Of a stretch of 32,000 nucleotides of DNA, positions 26,269-32,000 are shown one piece after another; the first letter of the stretch is position 1; every line of letters begins with the position of its first letter. Source of the stretch: Candidatus Electrothrix yaqonensis. Lineage in GTDB: Bacteria; Desulfobacterota; Desulfobulbia; Desulfobulbales; Desulfobulbaceae. The notes below the pieces were generated by a model. It did not search any database. It was given only the letters and a program-made list of their open reading frames with translations, and was not told the origin of the DNA. The DNA lies in NCBI GenBank assembly GCA_047651235.1, contig CP178758.1:90001-122000 (forward strand). Direction: 5' to 3'. A program made the translations under genes and the position numbers.

Positions 26269-27375
26269 ATGAATAATGGCAACGTATCGATAGAATGGGA
26301 CTTTAGCAAGTTACCGTGCAGGCATGAGGAGCCTCCCTCTCAGGGCTCAGGGGTCATCATGATGACCCTCGCTGCTTTTTTCGGCGGCACACCGACCTTG
26401 ATCTTGATTTACTTCCTCCTCAAGGGAAAATTCGAACCTGACATGCTGTTCTTGTTATTTTTCACGGTGGTTGGCACCGGTCTTTTTCTGTTGGGCCTCG
26501 ACATGTTCTCCATGCACACGGTGACGGAGTTTGACGGCAAAATATTCCGTTATAAACAAACATCATTTATTATCAGCAGTGCTTGGGATGAGCCGCTGAC
26601 CAACTACGAAGGAGTCTTAGCACGCAGTGAGTATCACAGAAGCGACAGCAACAGCCCGTCCTGCACTCTCTATATTGTCGAGCTGCTGCATCCTGATGAG
26701 CAACGCCGGATTACACTGTGGCAGAGCCGTAACAGTTCGTCCGGTCATCGCGTAAGCTGGAAAACATACAGCCAACAACTCGGATTGCCTGCTTTCTGGC
26801 AGGACGAGAACTGCCAAGAATACACGCAACATGATCCCAAAGATCTTGACAAATCTGTGCGTGAACTTGCAGCCGAAGGCAAGCTGGAGATCACGTTTGA
26901 TCTTAAAGCTGCTGTGCCCGAGGAGCTGGACCTCAACGTCCAAGGTGACCAATTAGAAGTGATGATCGACGGTCCCACAGTGTCGCTCCGGGCAATGCCG
27001 ATTGTGCTCGGCATCATTGCTCTTGTTCTCTGGTATGCTATCCGGCATGGAGGAAACTGCTTTCAATTTTTTGGATTATTTGTATTGTTAATGGGATGCT
27101 CAACTATCTGGACATCAATTATGACTCCTTTGGTGCGGATCAAACGGGAAGGTATTCACATTCTGCACCGCACTCCTTGGGGAGAAACACGGGGGAATCG
27201 TATTCGTGCTGACTCCATTGAAAATGTACGCGTGAGCAAAGAAAAGAATATGCAGGGCCGACCCGCCGTTATGGTGGAGACGGATACTGGCAGCCACGCC
27301 ATCGGGCTGGGACTTGACAGGGAGGCTCTTGAGTGGCTGAAGAACTGCATTCTCAAGAAGGTCGTGGACGGGTAA
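26269..27375 (+). CDS. Hypothetical membrane protein, paralog 2 (same architecture as 25121-26245)
   Basis: The ORF extends back to 26203, but the ATG at 26269 has GAGGAG 8 nt upstream and aligns with the paralog-1 N-terminus (IEWDF..LPCR). The paralogs share exact motif islands: HPDEQRRITLWQSRNSSSGHR, DLDKSVRELAAEGKLEI, RTPWGETRG and ALEWLKNCIL. Confidence 0.75.
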   Translation: MNNGNVSIEWDFSKLPCRHEEPPSQGSGVIMMTLAAFFGGTPTLILIYFLLKGKFEPDMLFLLFFTVVGTGLFLLGLDMFSMHTVTEFDGKIFRYKQTSFIISSAWDEPLTNYEGVLARSEYHRSDSNSPSCTLYIVELLHPDEQRRITLWQSRNSSSGHRVSWKTYSQQLGLPAFWQDENCQEYTQHDPKDLDKSVRELAAEGKLEITFDLKAAVPEELDLNVQGDQLEVMIDGPTVSLRAMPIVLGIIALVLWYAIRHGGNCFQFFGLFVLLMGCSTIWTSIMTPLVRIKREGIHILHRTPWGETRGNRIRADSIENVRVSKEKNMQGRPAVMVETDTGSHAIGLGLDREALEWLKNCILKKVVDG

Positions 27376-27498
27376 GGACCGAGTTTGCCGGGGCGGCGGA
27401 AAGGGAAAAGCAGGGCGCCGTTTTAACGCCGAAAAAAGTTCATTTTATCCGGTCAGGCAGTATCATTTAGAGCCGGTGCCTGCCGGAAAAAACAACGC

Positions 27499-27747
27499 GG
27501 TGGGTTCGCCTATGGACTGTATGATATATACAGTAATATCGGTTATATCACATTAGGGACAAGCGGTGACACCTCCGAGTTCGGGTGCGCCTGTATTCGG
27601 AACTGATGGACGACACATGGAAAATCTGAATTCCTCTTCGAGACAGGCCGCAAAACGGCTGACGGTTTTAAAGAAAATATGAAAATTCAATTCGACGAGT
27701 TTCTGCCGAAGTGGAATTATGCCGCTGTTCCGTCAGGACGGCTTTGA
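27499..27747 (+). pseudogene. Decayed ISAzo13-family transposase remnant (in-frame stop plus large internal deletion)
   Basis: A single frame reads GGFAYGLYDIYSNIGYITLGTSGDTSEFGCACIRN*WTTHGK...ETGRKTADGFKENMKIQFDEFLPKWNYAAVP. This matches my recollection of ISAzo13 blocks (PYGIYD...VGxxHDTxEFAxxSIxxWW and C-terminal HExLPKWNYxxxP). TGA at 27604-27606 replaces the first Trp of WW, and about 200 aa of DDE core are missing. Confidence 0.65.
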
Positions 27748-27890
27748 ATCCCGTAGTTATTTAATTCCCGTTCCTAAGTGCTTCGCCCGTCGCCGCACAC
27801 CCGATCTCATTGACGGCATCCAATATGCTATTTTCCATTTCAAATATATCGCCTTTAAGAATGAGAGTCACGGACACTGTGATACTGCCG

Positions 27891-28076
27891 TCAGTATTTC
27901 GAATAACAGTTGACATAATTTTCTTTAGCGGAAGGAATGGAAATCAATTTTGAAAATAAGCATGTTATACTGTATTTACAAAATACATCATATTTAAGCC
28001 TCAATCTGTCGAACTGTTTCTGTGTAACGCCGGTCAATGAACGAAGATGACGGTCATCACGTATTGTTATACTCAT
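27891..28076 (-). pseudogene. Possible N-terminal HTH fragment of an IS5/Harbinger-type DDE transposase
   Basis: The 61-aa ORF begins MSITIRDDRHLRSLTGVTQKQFDRL, resembling the ...F..LTG....F..L N-terminal helix-turn-helix of DDE_Tnp_4-type transposases. The remainder is AT-rich with no recognisable domain. Confidence 0.3.
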
Positions 28077-28137
28077 CAGGTTGCTCCGTTTTTTTCGTGG
28101 AGTTTACCCGATTTTTAAAAACGAACAAGTCTATTAT

Positions 28138-29520
28138 TCAAACCGCACTGTTAATCGCACCCTTCAGCACCATTTCCTTCCATAACGCTAAAAAATTTTT
28201 CGCTGATTCCCTGCTCAGGTGAGCTTCCGTGCAGGCAAGATGAAGAGTTGCCGTATTCTTGTAGGTTGAAATGGTATATATACATCCGCCAGGTAATATC
28301 GGGGCAAGCAGGGAAAGGCTTCCGGATTTTGTATGTCCGAAATCACCTGCCTTCTCATCTATAATGCCGATATTGGTCATGGCGTGATTCTGCTGTACAA
28401 ATGCAATCAGTTTTTTTTTGGCGCGTAAAGACAATCGGCGGACAAGAACATAAGGGATACATTTTATGAGCAGCATAACGAAAAAGGCATGTAAGCCGAT
28501 TGTTTCTTTTACCTTGTCAACTTTTGCTTTTGTGCTGGCCAAGGCAATGGATGGTGTCTGTAAATTTTCATAGATTTCTTCATGCGGTAAAACTATGCTG
28601 AAATTCCCGAAGGTTCCTTCCGGTTCTCCCCACCAGCGACGCAGGTTTGCTGTATAGAAGAATTTCAGCCAGTCACGCTCGTCGCCAAGTTTCTTGTTCC
28701 ACGTCATTGCTGCTAGGGAAAATGATGTCATCAGAATGTCATTCACCGTCACATGCTTGCGTTCTGCAAATGCCTTTACCTCTGTCATCAATTCGTTTTC
28801 AATCGTAATACTTTCAAAGTAGGGTAGTTCATGGATGCCTTCTTGTGTGTCAACGACGGTGTCAGCAGCGTTATCATTGATCAGCTGATAGCCTGTTCTC
28901 TTTTGGCGGATGGAGGTAATTGTTCCGTACACATCCACAAGGTATGCTTTGACGACCAGAAACAAATGAGCCAGGCTGAATTTTTTTCCTATTTGCCACC
29001 AGCTTCTGCATGGATCAGATATTTCTGCAGGTCGCCAGCCTTTCTCCCTGTATAATGCCCTATAAATTTCAGTAAACCGGATACATATTCGTTTCAGTCC
29101 TTCGCCGTCAACCACAAGATGATGCACTTGGATCACAAAGTAATGTTCTGTTGGCCCGTCAATTGAACTGACTCGAATCATAGAACATTCTCTTGCATTA
29201 ATGGGGTTTGAAAAGGTTTTCTGCAGTTGTTTTCTGGCCTCCTCGTCGGTACTGGCGTGGATACTTACAATCAGATCATCGACATTCTTTTTTTCGATAA
29301 ATTGCCAGGTTCCATAGAACCAGTTTGTGACAGGTCTGGTGCATAGAATCGGAACAGTTTGCATAAGGTATTTCAGAGCGTTGTTAATGAGATTATCTTT
29401 AAGCGGCTCGTCAAGTGAGGCAATCGCCCAAATGCAGAACAGATCCTGATCGTTGACTAAATTCCAGACAACCTGATCCATTCCGGTCATCCGTGTGGAG
29501 TTTTGCTTCCTCGGTACCAT
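28138..29520 (-). CDS. Condensation-domain-like acyltransferase with HHxxxDG active-site motif (WS/DGAT / PapA5-like superfamily)
   Basis: The ORF extends to a TTG at 29568. The ATG at 29520 has GAGG 7 nt upstream and gives 460 aa. HHLVVDG lies at nt 29104-29124, about residue 133 from the ATG, the usual position in WS/DGAT and PapA5. The gene is visibly more AT-rich than its neighbours. Confidence 0.7.
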   Translation of the reverse strand: MVPRKQNSTRMTGMDQVVWNLVNDQDLFCIWAIASLDEPLKDNLINNALKYLMQTVPILCTRPVTNWFYGTWQFIEKKNVDDLIVSIHASTDEEARKQLQKTFSNPINARECSMIRVSSIDGPTEHYFVIQVHHLVVDGEGLKRICIRFTEIYRALYREKGWRPAEISDPCRSWWQIGKKFSLAHLFLVVKAYLVDVYGTITSIRQKRTGYQLINDNAADTVVDTQEGIHELPYFESITIENELMTEVKAFAERKHVTVNDILMTSFSLAAMTWNKKLGDERDWLKFFYTANLRRWWGEPEGTFGNFSIVLPHEEIYENLQTPSIALASTKAKVDKVKETIGLHAFFVMLLIKCIPYVLVRRLSLRAKKKLIAFVQQNHAMTNIGIIDEKAGDFGHTKSGSLSLLAPILPGGCIYTISTYKNTATLHLACTEAHLSRESAKNFLALWKEMVLKGAINSAV

Positions 29521-29586
29521 GATTATACCTCGCTGTATTCGATTGCTCCCGCTGTGACGGATAGACAACCCTTGATCTCTCTTGGA

Positions 29587-30384
29587 TTATTCAATATTGC
29601 GCCTGAACTGCACCGTGGCAATGATGAGCATGAGGGCGGCAAAGAGCAGGGGCACAGCCAGTCCCTGCGCAGCACTGCCCAGAACCCAGCCTTCAACGGT
29701 CAGGGTACGGATGGGGGAAACGGCATGGGAGAGCGGGTTCCAGTCTGCGATAATCTGCATCCAGTCCGGCATGGCAGCCTTGGGGAAGATGGCGTTGCTG
29801 GTGAACATCAGCGGCATGGTCAGGAAGTTGAGGATAGGGTGCAGGCCGTCAAAGGAGTTGAACCGCACGGCAATGGAGAGCGACACCCCGGCCATGGCCG
29901 CGCCGAACAGTCCGGCAATCAGGGCGATGAGCAGAAAGCCGCTCACTCCGGCGGCAAACCTGACTCCGAGGGCCAGAGCGATCAGACCGATAAGACAGGC
30001 CTGGAACATGACTTGGAGACAGATTGCCGCCATCTTGCCTGCCGGAATCGCGGAACGGCTGAGCGGCGCAGCCAGCATCCGGTTGAGAAAGCCGATGCGC
30101 CGGTCCCAGACCAGAGAAAAGCCGGAAAAGCTGCCGCTGAACAGAGCGGTCATGATGATGATGCCCGGGGTCATGAAGTCAAGGTAGCGGTCCACGCCGA
30201 GCATGGCCGCACCGTGGGGATTGCGGGTCATTCCGGACATCACGTTGCCCATGAACACCAGCCAGATCAGGGGCTGGACCAGGGCCATGGTGATCCTGGA
30301 CTTCTGGGAAAAGAAGCGCAGCATGTCCCGGCGGCAGATAAAGTAGAGGTCGTGCAGCCAGGTTCTGACGGTGTCAGCGGTCAT
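29587..30384 (-). CDS. ABC-2 type exporter permease (DrrB-like), six predicted TM helices
   Basis: The ORF extends to 30495, but the ATG at 30384 lies 16 nt after the ATPase stop and is preceded by GGGAGCAAGGAGA. The N-terminus RRDMLRFFSQKSRITMALVQPLIWLVFMG is typical of ABC-2 permeases. The protein is about 265 aa. Confidence 0.8.
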   Translation of the reverse strand: MTADTVRTWLHDLYFICRRDMLRFFSQKSRITMALVQPLIWLVFMGNVMSGMTRNPHGAAMLGVDRYLDFMTPGIIIMTALFSGSFSGFSLVWDRRIGFLNRMLAAPLSRSAIPAGKMAAICLQVMFQACLIGLIALALGVRFAAGVSGFLLIALIAGLFGAAMAGVSLSIAVRFNSFDGLHPILNFLTMPLMFTSNAIFPKAAMPDWMQIIADWNPLSHAVSPIRTLTVEGWVLGSAAQGLAVPLLFAALMLIIATVQFRRNIE

Positions 30385-30400
30385 TCTCCTTGCTCCCTGC

Positions 30401-31414
30401 TTATTTCCGCAGCATAGGATGCTGCCTTTCCGGTTTTTTCCCGTTCCCGCTGCTGTCCCGCAGATGCTTCCCGGTATGGGAAAGATAGACATCATCCAGG
30501 GAGGGCGTTTTCAGGGCAACCGACCTGACCGCAATGCCCAAACTCTGGACGCAGCCGAACATTTCCGGCACAGCATTCCCGCTGTTGCTGACCGCCGCCA
30601 CGCAGGTGTCCTCACTGACGCTGACATGCCGGACAATGGGCAGGGCGGCAATACACTCCCTGAGCTGCGTCATCTGCTCCGCCCCGATCCGGTCATACTG
30701 CATGGTCACAATCTCGCCGCCTAGCTCCTGCTTGAGTGCTTCCGGCGTATCCAGCGCTTTGATACGGCCGTTGTCGATAATCGCGATCCGGTCGCAGAGC
30801 GAGTCAGCCTCCTCCATGTAATGAGTGCTCAGAAACAGGGTCATCTGTTCGGTTTCCCGCAGCGTACGCACGTACTGCCAGATCTGCTGTCTGGTCTGAA
30901 TGTCCAGCCCCAGGGTCGGTTCATCCAGCAACAGAACCTGGGGCCGGTGGAGCAGAGCGCAGGCAATGTCCAGCCGTTTGCGCATGCCGCCGGAATAAGT
31001 CTCCACCGGATCATCGGCCCGTTCAGTCAGGCCGACCAGCTCCAGCAGCTCGGTCTTTCTGCGGCGGAATTCCTTTTTCGGGATGTGATAGAAGCCGGAC
31101 TGCAGGTAGAGGTTCTCGGTGCCGCTGAGATAATCATCCGCAGACAGCTCCTGCGGGATATAACCGAGGCTCTGGCGCACCGCGTCCGGTTCCTGCCGCA
31201 CCTCATGTCCCGCTACTGCGGCCCGGCCCGAGGTCGGCCGGAGCAGGGTGGTCAGCATCATGATGGTGGTGGACTTGCCTGCTCCGTTCGGCCCCAGAAA
31301 CCCGAAGATCTCGCCCCGGGCTACGGAAAAGGAGATCCCATCCACCGCCCTGATGCCGCCCCGGAAGACCTTGCTCAGGTTATCGACTTCTATAGCCGGA
31401 TTGCTGCTGCTCAT
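30401..31414 (-). CDS. ABC transporter ATP-binding protein, DrrA/daunorubicin-resistance type with C-terminal DUF4162-like extension
   Basis: Walker A GPNGAGKST, Q-loop, signature YSGGMRKRL, Walker B LLLDEPTLGLD and H-loop STHYMEEA are all present. AGAGGGG lies upstream of the ATG. Confidence 0.9.
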   Translation of the reverse strand: MSSSNPAIEVDNLSKVFRGGIRAVDGISFSVARGEIFGFLGPNGAGKSTTIMMLTTLLRPTSGRAAVAGHEVRQEPDAVRQSLGYIPQELSADDYLSGTENLYLQSGFYHIPKKEFRRRKTELLELVGLTERADDPVETYSGGMRKRLDIACALLHRPQVLLLDEPTLGLDIQTRQQIWQYVRTLRETEQMTLFLSTHYMEEADSLCDRIAIIDNGRIKALDTPEALKQELGGEIVTMQYDRIGAEQMTQLRECIAALPIVRHVSVSEDTCVAAVSNSGNAVPEMFGCVQSLGIAVRSVALKTPSLDDVYLSHTGKHLRDSSGNGKKPERQHPMLRK

Positions 31415-31604
31415 CTGTTCCCCTCTGCTCTGTGCGCCTGCCGTGCATTGTTGGGGGCGGGCCTCTGATTCTCCAGGTACAGTCGATTATAAACAAGGCG
31501 CTGCGGAATGTCTATCTTCCTGAGCTTTTCCGTGGTGGAGACTGTCCTGTTCGGGTATACTTGGGAGCATTACTGATTAAATTCAAGCCAATGGAGGGAA
31601 GGGT

Positions 31605-31964
31605 ATGGACTTTGTCACTTCCGCGATTGCGTCTGCGGTAGGCAGCCTGGGGCTGGAGGGCGTAAAGCATGGATACACCAGGTTAAAGGAGCTGTTACAG
31701 GGTAAGTTCGGCGAACAGAGCGCGCTGGCTGATGCAGTGGAGCAGTTGGAGAAGAACCCGGACTCTGCTGGGCGGAAGGCCGTGGTGGCAGAGGAGCTGG
31801 CAAAGGTCGGGGCGGATAAGGATGAGGAGGTGCTGGCTGCGGCCAGGCAGTTGCAGGACAAGCTCGACGGAGGGCAGCCGCAGGTGGATGCCCGAAAAGC
31901 CAAGATAGGGGTGATAGGGGATCATGCCAAGGTGAAAGGCGGCATTCATTTCGACGGGAAATAA
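31605..31964 (+). CDS. Small (119 aa) predicted alpha-helical hypothetical protein
   Basis: GGAGGGAAGGG lies directly upstream of the ATG. The sequence has charged helical repeats (AVEQLEKNPDSAGRKAVVAEELAKVGADKDEEVLAAARQLQDKL) and ends IGVIGDHAKVKGGIHFDGK. I recognise no family, and the window ends 36 nt later. Confidence 0.55.
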   Translation: MDFVTSAIASAVGSLGLEGVKHGYTRLKELLQGKFGEQSALADAVEQLEKNPDSAGRKAVVAEELAKVGADKDEEVLAAARQLQDKLDGGQPQVDARKAKIGVIGDHAKVKGGIHFDGK

Positions 31965-32000
31965 CCGACAGAGGATAATGTAGGGTCACGGCGCGCCGTG

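Noticed and set aside
1-32000. A search for CRISPR arrays, rRNA, tmRNA, integron attC sites, retron or DGR reverse transcriptases, and toxin-antitoxin pairs.
   Set aside because: No regularly spaced repeat arrays, no RT or Cas-like ORFs and no small adjacent ORF pairs with TA-like features were seen. The only substantial internal duplication is the paralog pair at 25121-27375.

Overview
The window reads as a bacterial chromosome of roughly 50-55% GC by eye. Gene content (anaerobe-type sulfur and Fe-ADH genes, a Tat export signal, a Uma2 nuclease) fits a Desulfobacterota-like anaerobe, but that taxonomic guess is inference only. About 75% of it (1-24.9 kb) is housekeeping, mostly on the minus strand: der, trkA, gmd, UDP-glucuronate decarboxylase, tRNA-Arg(CCU), two coupled GlgC-family genes, a DHH phosphoesterase, xerD, rpsU, hisD, a DUF2058 protein, a CNNM/CBS transporter, a MobB/Fe-ADH ORF, a Uma2 nuclease and argS. 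The plus-strand exceptions at the left edge are a ThiF/MoeB E1-like enzyme and an 826-aa siroheme sulfite/nitrite reductase with a C-terminal TusA-like domain. The right quarter (25.1-32 kb) looks accessory. It holds two tandem paralogous four-TM proteins of no family I recognise, about 0.75 kb of decayed IS fragments (a clear ISAzo13-type remnant), a minus-strand DrrA/DrrB-like ABC exporter followed by an AT-rich HHxxxDG acyltransferase gene, and a small helical ORF at the window edge. No CRISPR array, rRNA or intact mobile element was found. The best candidates for something undescribed are the tandem 2x(TM hairpin + beta-rich domain) paralog pair, the ABC-exporter/acyltransferase module, and the sulfite-reductase::TusA fusion next to the E1-like enzyme. 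All family calls come from reading motifs by eye; no database search was possible.
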